A stretch of DNA of 64,000 nucleotides from a candidate division FCPU426 bacterium (GTDB lineage: Bacteria > Oederibacteriota > Muellerivitia > Muellerivitales > Muellerivitaceae). Below are positions 18,359-26,222 of the stretch, piece by piece. The notes beneath the pieces were generated by a model, which did not search any database, was not told the DNA's origin, and saw nothing but the letters and a program-made list of their open reading frames with translations. The DNA lies in NCBI GenBank assembly GCA_963796105.1, contig CAWCKJ010000010.1, positions 39,620 through 103,619 on the forward strand, read 5' to 3'. Position 1 is the first letter of the stretch; each line of letters starts with the position of its first letter. Position numbers and translations under genes: made by a program.

Positions 18359-18997
18359 ATGAAAATCCATTTAATCATAAAAGCCCAATGGCTTATTTTG
18401 ATCCCCCTTATTCTCCTGATGGGCTGTGGTTCCGATAAAAGGACCGCCTTGGATTATCTCCCCGTCGAAAAGGGGCGCGAAACCAAGTTCGAATCCCTCG
18501 GCATGATGGAGGGCGAGAAAAACGTCATCCAGAGAAAATTCTCGGAGAGGAATGAAATCGCGGGGGGAGTCCTGGCGGTCGAGGAGCAGATTACCAAAGT
18601 TCATGGGGCTGAAAGCCGAAGCGTGAACACTTATGAGATTAAAAAGAATAAAGTGGTTCGGATTACCCTGGATTTCACGACTCCCGAGGGATCGAGCCGC
18701 CATACCGATACGCTTTTCACTGTTTTTGAATTACCTGGAATATTCGGAAAAGCGACTTGGACCAACAAGGGCGGGGATGTCACCATGAAATATTCCGCCA
18801 AGTACGGAAGCACCCAAACCGATGTTAAGAATTATCCGGATTGCCTGGTGGTGGATATGGAAAGCCAGAAAGTCAAATCGCCCGTTAGGTACCGGCAATA
18901 TTACGCCAAGGATGTCGGATGGGTGAAAACCGTGAAGATAGATGAAAAGGGGAATGAGTTGATAGATCCCGCCAACATGACCAGGGTCGAGCCTTAA
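18359..18997 (+). CDS. hypothetical lipoprotein
   Basis: Signal peptide with lipobox LLMGC|GS. No recognisable domain. Confidence 0.5.
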   Translation: MKIHLIIKAQWLILIPLILLMGCGSDKRTALDYLPVEKGRETKFESLGMMEGEKNVIQRKFSERNEIAGGVLAVEEQITKVHGAESRSVNTYEIKKNKVVRITLDFTTPEGSSRHTDTLFTVFELPGIFGKATWTNKGGDVTMKYSAKYGSTQTDVKNYPDCLVVDMESQKVKSPVRYRQYYAKDVGWVKTVKIDEKGNELIDPANMTRVEP

Positions 18998-19548
18998 ACT
19001 AACAACAACTCATCATCGGGCGTGAGGAAACGCCATTTGCCCGATTCCACATCCAGGTTCAAGCCGCCGATCCTGATTCTTTTCAATTCAAGCACCTTCA
19101 AGGGTGTCTTGAATTTCGGGTCTTTCATGGTCCCGAACATCCGCCGGATGTGACGGTTCTTGCCCTCGCCCAGTACCACCGCCAGCTTGGTCTTGTTGCC
19201 CCCGCCCCCGATGATGGTGACCTGGTAAGCCTTAAGAATTTCCTCCGAGTTTTCCACGCCCTTCAAGGCCATTTTAATATGCTCCGGGGTGACGATGCCC
19301 CGAACCAGGACCTCATAGGTTTTCAAGCATCCGCCGGGTTGGGTCAGCTTGTCCGCGAGCTTGGTGTTGCGGGTGAAGAGAAGCAGACCCTTGGAATCTA
19401 GGTCCAGCCGTCCCACGGGCTTCCAGCCTTCGGCGTAGGCCCATTCAGGCAGGAGCTCATAGACGATCTTGCGGTCCTTTTCATCGGATCGGGTGACTAC
19501 GTAGCCCTTGGGTTTGTTGAGCATGAAGATTTTAGGTTTGGTTTCCAT
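18994..19548 (-). CDS. rRNA pseudouridine synthase, RsuA/RluE family (no S4 domain)
   Basis: Catalytic GRLDxDSxGLLLxTxN motif (GRLDLDSKGLLLFTRN) and KxYxV motif (KTYEVLVRG). Confidence 0.8.
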   Translation of the reverse strand: METKPKIFMLNKPKGYVVTRSDEKDRKIVYELLPEWAYAEGWKPVGRLDLDSKGLLLFTRNTKLADKLTQPGGCLKTYEVLVRGIVTPEHIKMALKGVENSEEILKAYQVTIIGGGGNKTKLAVVLGEGKNRHIRRMFGTMKDPKFKTPLKVLELKRIRIGGLNLDVESGKWRFLTPDDELLLV

Positions 19549-19619
19549 GAGTTTTTCCTATTGAAGCCTGTTTTTAAAATGATATCATTATTTTAAAGAT
19601 TGATATCAAGGAGAATCGG

Positions 19620-19865
19620 TTGAAAAAGAAGCGAACCATCATCAGCCTGGCGCCCGACGACAAGAAATGGCTGGACCAGGAAGCCAAGCAGACCCGCCAA
19701 ACCATGACCCAAGTGGTGCGGGAAGCCATTCAGGAATACCGCGTGAAAAAAGAAGAGCAAGCCAAGCCGACATTCAAGGAGCTCTTGGAGCGCACCCGCG
19801 GAACCTGGCCGCACAAGGGAGACGCTTTGGATTATATCCGCAAAATCAGGGAAGATAGGATTTGA
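19620..19865 (+). CDS. vapB: ribbon-helix-helix (CopG/VapB-like) antitoxin
   Basis: 81-aa protein with an RHH-type N-terminus (RTIISLAPDDKKWLDQEAKQTRQTMTQVVREAIQEY). Start of the downstream PIN gene overlaps its stop. Confidence 0.6.
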   Translation: MKKKRTIISLAPDDKKWLDQEAKQTRQTMTQVVREAIQEYRVKKEEQAKPTFKELLERTRGTWPHKGDALDYIRKIREDRI

Positions 19866-20239
19866 ATTCACTCGAATATTTGCTGGATTCGGTCATATTG
19901 ATTGATCACCTCAAGTCTATTCGGGAAGCGGGTTTGTTTTTGGACCAGAACGAGTGGAAATGCGCCATCTCAGTAGTGACGCGGGCTGAGGTTTTGGTAG
20001 GAGTTCAAGATGAGGCGTTCCAAAAAGTCGGACAATTCTTGGAAAAGTTTCCAGTCTTGAATATTGATGCCGCTGTCGCGGATAGGGCGGCTCGGTTGCG
20101 ACGCCAATATGGTTGGAAACTTTTAGACTCATTCCAGGCCGCGATCGCTCAAATCCATTCGTTATCGTTGGTGACGCGAAACACGAAGGATTTCTCGCCG
20201 GTACACCACACATTCGTTACGGTCCCTTACAAGCTTTAA
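19862..20239 (+). CDS. vapC: PIN-domain ribonuclease toxin VapC
   Basis: PIN acidic residues in LLDSVILIDHL, conserved Asp positions and a C-terminal TRNxKDF motif (VTRNTKDF). Confidence 0.75.
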   Translation: MNSLEYLLDSVILIDHLKSIREAGLFLDQNEWKCAISVVTRAEVLVGVQDEAFQKVGQFLEKFPVLNIDAAVADRAARLRRQYGWKLLDSFQAAIAQIHSLSLVTRNTKDFSPVHHTFVTVPYKL

Positions 20240-20362
20240 CGAATTGTAAATAAACTTCTCTCGCCCCATGCCAACCCAATTAACCGTTCCAAAGAAGGTC
20301 GGTATGCATTGGATTCCTGGGATGCAGGGGATTTAATAAATCCGAATTCTAAATTCTTAATT

Positions 20363-21637
20363 TTAAATTTTAAATTGTTGAAGGGCTTCCTTGAAGACTT
20401 TGCCCAAACGGCTGATGCCTTCCCGGATCTTGCCCTTATCCACCGCGCAATAGGTCAGGCGTAGGGTGTTCAAACCCTGGCCCTCTTTCGTGTAAAAGGC
20501 GGTGCCCACCACATAAGCTACCTTGGCCGCTAAGGCTTTCTCGAAGAGGGTGACGGCGTTAAGCCCTTCCGGCAATTCGGCCCAGAGGAAGAACCCACCC
20601 AAGGGATGGTTGTGCCGGATTTGCGGGGGGAAAAATTCCTTGATGGCGGACATCATGGCGTCCCTCCGGCCCTGGTAGGTGCTGATGAGTTTCGCCAGGT
20701 GGTCCTTCAGGTGGCCGCCTCGGAAGAAGTCCGCGGCTATGACTTGGGACAGAACGTCGGTGCAAACGTCTGCTGTTTCCTTGGCCATGGTCATGCGGGC
20801 CACGAGGGCGGGATCGGCGCAGACCCAGCCCAGCCTCATGCCGGGGGAGGCGATCTTGCTGAAACTGCCCAGGTAGATGACACGCCCGTCGGTGTCGAAG
20901 GCCTTAAGGGGCTTGATGGGTTTGCCCGTGAAATTCAACTCGCCGTAGGGGTTGTCCTCGACGATCAAAACATCATGCTTGCGGGCGACCTCCAAGAGCT
21001 GGGCTCTTTGGGCCTCGGGAAGGGTGGACCCGGCAGGGTTCTGGAAAGTGGGGATCGTGTAGATCAACTTGGGTTTGGGGGAGGCTTTCGAGAGGATCTC
21101 ATCCAGCCGCTGGATATCCATTCCCGTTTCGCCGCAGGGAACCGGCATGAACTCAACCGAGAAGTTGCGGAAGCAAAGAAGGCCCCCTAGGTAGCTGGGC
21201 TCTTCCACCGCCACGGCATCGCCGTGATTCAGCAGGGTGAGACCGGATAAGAAAAGCCCCTGCTGGCTTCCGGTCGTGATCAAAATGTTATCAACGGTGC
21301 ACTGAATGCCTTGGCCTTTCAGGTAATCGGCCACCGCTTCCCTCATGGGTTTCCAGCCGATCGTCTCGCCGTATTGAAGTGAAAATTTGCCCTGCTCCCG
21401 GATGACCTTGGAGGCGATATCGGCCAGGAGATCCTTGGGGAACAGTTCCGCGTCGGGGGTGCCGCCCGCGAAGGAAATGATGTCGGATTGTTGGACCAAT
21501 TTGAGAAGCGCGCGGATGACGGAGGGCTTCATCGAGTTGGAAACGTTGGAAAAACGGTGGTCGTAATCCATAGCTGGCTCCATGGGGAATTTCCGGGTTG
21601 GGTCAAAACCGGTCTTCCAAGATACCGGCAACGTCAT
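20363..21637 (-). CDS. PLP-dependent aminotransferase, class I/II (fold type I)
   Basis: SFSKIASPGMRLGW (PLP-lysine motif) and general AAT-like architecture. 424 aa. Confidence 0.8.
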   Translation of the reverse strand: MTLPVSWKTGFDPTRKFPMEPAMDYDHRFSNVSNSMKPSVIRALLKLVQQSDIISFAGGTPDAELFPKDLLADIASKVIREQGKFSLQYGETIGWKPMREAVADYLKGQGIQCTVDNILITTGSQQGLFLSGLTLLNHGDAVAVEEPSYLGGLLCFRNFSVEFMPVPCGETGMDIQRLDEILSKASPKPKLIYTIPTFQNPAGSTLPEAQRAQLLEVARKHDVLIVEDNPYGELNFTGKPIKPLKAFDTDGRVIYLGSFSKIASPGMRLGWVCADPALVARMTMAKETADVCTDVLSQVIAADFFRGGHLKDHLAKLISTYQGRRDAMMSAIKEFFPPQIRHNHPLGGFFLWAELPEGLNAVTLFEKALAAKVAYVVGTAFYTKEGQGLNTLRLTYCAVDKGKIREGISRLGKVFKEALQQFKI

Positions 21638-21892
21638 GAGACATCAAGCGTGGAGGAATAAGCAAACTTCAAGTATTCACCTCAGAGACGCAGAGACTCA
21701 GCAAAAAAGAACGTATTTCACAACAATCTGAAATAATACTTAGCCACGGATAAGTGGGATTCATTGGATAAAAAAAACATCTCAACTTTGGCAAATTCCG
21801 AAAAGCATGTTCCTAGTGATGATGATTCCCCTCCTTGAAAAAGGGCAGTTCGGTTTGTGGGTAACATAGGGGTTTTTCCCTATGAGCGCCTT

Positions 21893-21973
21893 TGGGGAGG
21901 TGGGTATTAGCCGTTGTAAGGACGTTACGGAAAAACTAACTTCCCCTAATCCCCTTCTTTCAGAGGGGGAAAC
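21893..21973 (+). repeat. REP/MITE-like element copy 2
   Basis: See 18073-18158. Hairpin CCCCTTC-TTTC-AGAGGGGG. Confidence 0.7.
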
Positions 21974-22057
21974 GCGAGTTGACCCGCGATTTGTCAAAGT
22001 GGGGTATTAAATCAATTTTCTTGGCTGGGTCTTTGGGTCCCTGTGGTTAAATTTGGT

Positions 22058-23464
22058 TTATAAGCTTTGAAATATTTTGTCGGCGGCGGTTTCGCCCGCG
22101 GCGATGGCGTCCGGGATGCCGATGCCCTTCAGGCCGTTTCCGGCGATATATAGCCCCTTGGTCTCATCGGCTTTGTGTGTGAGGCGTTCCACCAGATCCG
22201 CGTGGCCTGGACGGTAATAGGACATGGAGGAACTATATTGCGCCAGGTGGTGGACCATCGGCCTGTTGCGAAGTTTCAAGAGAGGCGAGAGCTCGATCAA
22301 TACATCCTCCAGAAGGGCTTCCTCCCCCTCCTTTTGAGCCACAGCGACCGCGTCATCCCCGAGGAAAGCCCGTAACAACACTGTTCCTTCGGGGGCCCGG
22401 CCTGGAAATTTTTGGCTTGCGAAAGAGCAACCCACGATCATTCTTTTTTCCTTGGAAGGGACAACGAAGCCAAATCCATTTAAGGGGTGCCCCACATCCT
22501 GACGCCGGAAACCGAGGTTCAGGGTCGCGGAGTCGTGCGCTGGTATTTTTTCCAACAGGCCATCCCAATCAGGGTCCAGGTCTTTCAAGAGAGGCCGCAT
22601 TTTGGACGGCTGAATGGCCAATACTACCTTATCCACTTCCCGTGTATGGCCTTGGGAGGTAATCTGCCAGGTGCCGTGACCGCTGGGGATAAGGGACTCC
22701 GCCGGGTGCCTCATCCAAAGGCACTCAGGGGGAATCTTGGAAGCCATTTTCTCCGCGAAGGACTGCATGCCTTCCTTGAATGAAACAAAGAGGGAATAAC
22801 GGGCCCCTGAGACGCGCGGCTGGGAATGCAGACGCTTGGCCGCCATGGCCTTCAACAAGGAACCGTACTTGATTTCCATTTCCTTGAAACGGGGAGCGCA
22901 GGTATCCAAACTCAAATCAAAGGGGTCGGCGTTATAAACCCCGCCCATGAGGGGCTGGGCCAGGTAGTCGAATACTTCCTTGCCCAGGCGCCGGGTGACG
23001 AAATCCCCGATACTTTCATCCCCAGGTTCCTTGCGAACAGGAACGAAGGTCTCGAGGCACGCCCTGAGTTTTCCCCGGATGGAAAGCAAAGGCGTGGTCA
23101 TGAGGGGAGTGAGACGGGAGGGAGCCATCAGGTAGAAGCCCTCGGGGATCGGGTGGATCTTTTCCCCCTTGAGGATGAAGGATTGCTTGATATCCGGGTT
23201 GGTCCCTACAAGCTGGTCATCCATGCCCATTCGCTTGACCATGGCCATCCCAGCCGGTTTCTCGGTAATGAAGCAATCGGGGCCTTCCTCCATGAGGAAC
23301 CCGTTTTTACGGGCTGTCCCCAGGGTGCCCCCGGGTTTACCCGCGCCATCCAGGATGTTCAAATCCAGATGGAGGTCCTTGCCTTGTGAAAGTTCCAAAA
23401 GGCGGAGCGCCGCGGCTAAACCGCTGACTCCCGCCCCGATGATTGCGACTCGTAAAGAGTTCAA
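22058..23464 (-). CDS. hemY: protoporphyrinogen/coproporphyrinogen oxidase (HemY/CgoX-type, FAD-dependent)
   Basis: N-terminal FAD dinucleotide-binding motif VAIIGAGVSGLAAALRL. About 470 aa after trimming. Start proposed at TTG 23464 with AGGAAA about 10 nt upstream. The 549-aa ORF in the track runs upstream through the IS4 end and is probably an artefactual extension. Confidence 0.7.
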   Translation of the reverse strand: MNSLRVAIIGAGVSGLAAALRLLELSQGKDLHLDLNILDGAGKPGGTLGTARKNGFLMEEGPDCFITEKPAGMAMVKRMGMDDQLVGTNPDIKQSFILKGEKIHPIPEGFYLMAPSRLTPLMTTPLLSIRGKLRACLETFVPVRKEPGDESIGDFVTRRLGKEVFDYLAQPLMGGVYNADPFDLSLDTCAPRFKEMEIKYGSLLKAMAAKRLHSQPRVSGARYSLFVSFKEGMQSFAEKMASKIPPECLWMRHPAESLIPSGHGTWQITSQGHTREVDKVVLAIQPSKMRPLLKDLDPDWDGLLEKIPAHDSATLNLGFRRQDVGHPLNGFGFVVPSKEKRMIVGCSFASQKFPGRAPEGTVLLRAFLGDDAVAVAQKEGEEALLEDVLIELSPLLKLRNRPMVHHLAQYSSSMSYYRPGHADLVERLTHKADETKGLYIAGNGLKGIGIPDAIAAGETAADKIFQSL

Positions 23465-23569
23465 TGTGTTTATGTTTCCTTTCACTCTTGTCCTAAATAA
23501 AGGCCTAAAAAAAGACGCCTCCGATTGAAGTAGAATTGGGTTTGATGACAGCCCAAAGCAACGGTTACC

Positions 23570-24850
23570 AGCCGTCGCTACTTCAAACATACGGAGGCGC
23601 TTTTTTATGGTACCACCAACCAGTCTATTTGCCCAAGTGTTGAAACTCGTAGACCGAACCGCTTTTGAGCGAATCGTGCGAGAGATTGAAGCCGAAAAGC
23701 ACTCCAAGGGATTCAGTTGCTGGGATCAGTTTGTTTCCATGCTTTTCTGCCAGATGGGAGCAGCCCATTCCTTGAGGGAAATCTGTGGCGGCCTCAGTAC
23801 GGCCCTTGGGAAATTGACCCACTTGGGTCTTTGCAAAGCTCCCACTAAATCCACCTTGGCCTATGCCAACACCAAGCGTTCTTGGCGGGTTCAACAAAAG
23901 CTTTTTTACCATTTATTATCGAAGTGCCAGTTGTTGGCGGCCACCTCAAAAAGAAAATTCAGGTTTAAAAATCCTCTTTATAGCCTGGATTCCAGCACCA
24001 TCGACCTTTGTTTGTCAGTGTTCGACTGGGCGAAATTCCGTAGAACCAAAGGGGCCATCAAACTCCATCTTCTGCTGGACCATCAGGGGTACTTGCCCTG
24101 CTGGGGACTCGTAACGGAGGGAGGCACGCATGACGTGAAGGTGGCCCAAAAGCTCGATTTTCCAGTGGATTCAATCGTGGTGATGGATCGGGGGTATGTG
24201 GATTTCTTTCTTCTGGCCCGATGGACATTCCAAGGCGTGTGGTGGGTGACCCGGGCCAAGATCAACATGGCCTACGAGGTGGTGAAAAGCCTGACGGTTC
24301 CGAAAACGGGCAACGTCCTGAAGGACCAGGTGATACGGTTGACGACGTTTCGGTCACATGAAGCCTACCCTAAAGAGATGCGACGGGTGGTGGTATGGGA
24401 CGAAGACCAGAAGCGGGAGTTGGTGTTCCTGACCAACCACATGGGTTTTGCCGCCTCGACGGTGGGTGCCATTTACAAGGAACGTTGGCAGATCGAGTTG
24501 TTTTTCAAGGCTCTCAAGCAGAACCTCCGGGTAAAAACTTTTGTGGGTACCACTGAGAATGCCGTTCAGACGCAGATTTGGACAGCATTGATTGCCATGC
24601 TACTGTTGAAGTTCCTTCAATTGAAGAGCCGGATCGCCTGGAGTTTATCCCACTTGGCTGCCATGCTACGGATGAACCTGTTGACCTATCGTGATTTGTG
24701 GGCCTGGTTGGATGCACCGTTCCTAGTGGCGAGACTGGAACCCTTGGAAAAGCAGATGGAATTAATACATTCTTAATTTGGACAGCATCAGGACGAAAGA
24801 GGGGGGCTTATCCCAGAAAATTCACGAGCCTGTCCTAAATCGCTTGTTTT
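23570..24850 (+). mobile_element. IS4-family-like insertion sequence (transposase CDS 23607-24776, plus strand); boundaries approximate
   Basis: 389-aa DDE_Tnp_1-type transposase with DRGY and ERWQIELFFKALKQ motifs. Terminal inverted repeats could not be defined by eye. Confidence 0.5.
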
Positions 24851-24905
24851 CCTGGGAGGTTCAAAGACAAATAGGTTTATCTAGGACAGCAGTGGTTTCC
24901 TTTAA

Positions 24906-25886
24906 TTAAAACTTCAAATCCGAGGCTTCCTCCACGAGGGAAACCAGCATTCCAATGAAAGAAGGGCGGGTGCCAACTGTTTCCGCCCGGACCATATTGA
25001 TCCCGACTTTTTTGGCGCGGGAATAAGCCAGGATGTCGATGTCATAAAGCACCTCGGCGTGATTCACTAAAAAGCCGATGGGAGCCACTACGCAAGCCTC
25101 CAACCCTTCCTTGGAGCGGCGCTCCAAGAAATCCCCCAGGTCCGGTTCCAACCAGCGGTCCTCCGGACGTCCGGAGCGGCTGGTATAAGCCAAGTGGAAA
25201 TAGGGCCATCCCAATTTTTCCTTCACAAGGCGGGCGGTTTCCTCGAATTGGGCCACGTATGAGGATTGGTTGGCGACCGCGCTGGGAATGCTGTGGGTGG
25301 AGAAGATCAACTCGGCCTTGGCGGCTTTTTTTTCCCTTGGAAGCAGTTTTGATATGGCGATTTTGATTTCCTGCTCTATGGCGCGAATAAAACCTGGACG
25401 GTTGTGCCATTCGGGGGCATAAACCACCTCGGGAACGGATTGGCCCGCGGCTTTAAGCGCGTCCTTCGCCTCGTCCACTTTCAGGATGTATTTTGTGAAT
25501 GACACCTGGCTTCTAAAGGGAGCCATGATGATGGCGAATATATTTTTTTTACCTTCTCGGGAAAGACTTTCCAGGGTTTTGGAGATCGTAGGGGAAGAAT
25601 GGGCAAAGCCCACGGTGACAGGGATATCCATTCCCCGCGCCTTCAAGAGTTTTTGGAGGCAGGCGGCTTGGAATTGGGTGAGTTGGCTGTAAGGGGAGAA
25701 ACCTCCGATTTGTTTGTATTGCTCGACGACTTTTTCCAGTCTCTCGTGGGGAATGTTGCGCCCTCGCGTGACATCCTCCAGGAAGGGAAGGACATCCTCG
25801 GGTTTTTCGGGACCGCCGAAGCCGATCAGCAGAACGGAGTCAAATTTAATTTGGGTCAAGTTCATTTCCTGTAAAAGATAAAACAT
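24906..25886 (-). CDS. hemH: ferrochelatase
   Basis: VLLIGFGGPEKPEDVLPFLEDVT N-terminal ferrochelatase signature and conserved His/Glu region. 326 aa. Confidence 0.85.
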   Translation of the reverse strand: MFYLLQEMNLTQIKFDSVLLIGFGGPEKPEDVLPFLEDVTRGRNIPHERLEKVVEQYKQIGGFSPYSQLTQFQAACLQKLLKARGMDIPVTVGFAHSSPTISKTLESLSREGKKNIFAIIMAPFRSQVSFTKYILKVDEAKDALKAAGQSVPEVVYAPEWHNRPGFIRAIEQEIKIAISKLLPREKKAAKAELIFSTHSIPSAVANQSSYVAQFEETARLVKEKLGWPYFHLAYTSRSGRPEDRWLEPDLGDFLERRSKEGLEACVVAPIGFLVNHAEVLYDIDILAYSRAKKVGINMVRAETVGTRPSFIGMLVSLVEEASDLKF

Positions 25887-25904
25887 ATTTTAGCTGGAGG
25901 ATGT

Positions 25905-26115
25905 ATTTGTCATTGCGAGGAACGAACTTTGTGAGGAAGCAACCACAGTTCATTGGTGGTTTTTGTTTTAAACGGTCAGACAAATCAACCTTGCCGGCAT
26001 ATTAACAACCATTAACTGAGGTTGTGCTGGGACCTTTGGCCCTAGCATGGTTGGCTGGAAGCCAACCACTTCAAGTCTGTCGCTAAAACCAATGAAAGAC
26101 GCTCCTCGCAATGAC
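25905..26115. repeat. ~210-bp element bounded by 17-bp inverted repeats (TGTCATTGCGAGGAACG / CGCTCCTCGCAATGACA) with internal hairpins
   Basis: 16 of 17 positions are complementary. Internal stems GGTTGGCTGGAAGCCAACC and AACCAC...GTGGTT. Lies between hemH and hemDE. Confidence 0.5.
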
Positions 26116-26222
26116 ACCTAAATACATCTTAACTTTTTGTCTAGGGTATTAACTATATAATTACCTTTTTAAATCCCATGAATCCCGTGTATCCGTGGCA
26201 AAATTTATTCCGTGATTCGTTT

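Noticed and set aside
22058-23707. 549-aa version of hemY starting at 23707
   Set aside because: The upstream 80 codons read through the IS4 5' flank and start, and have no similarity to PPOX N-termini. The FAD-binding motif begins 7 residues after an in-frame TTG at 23464.
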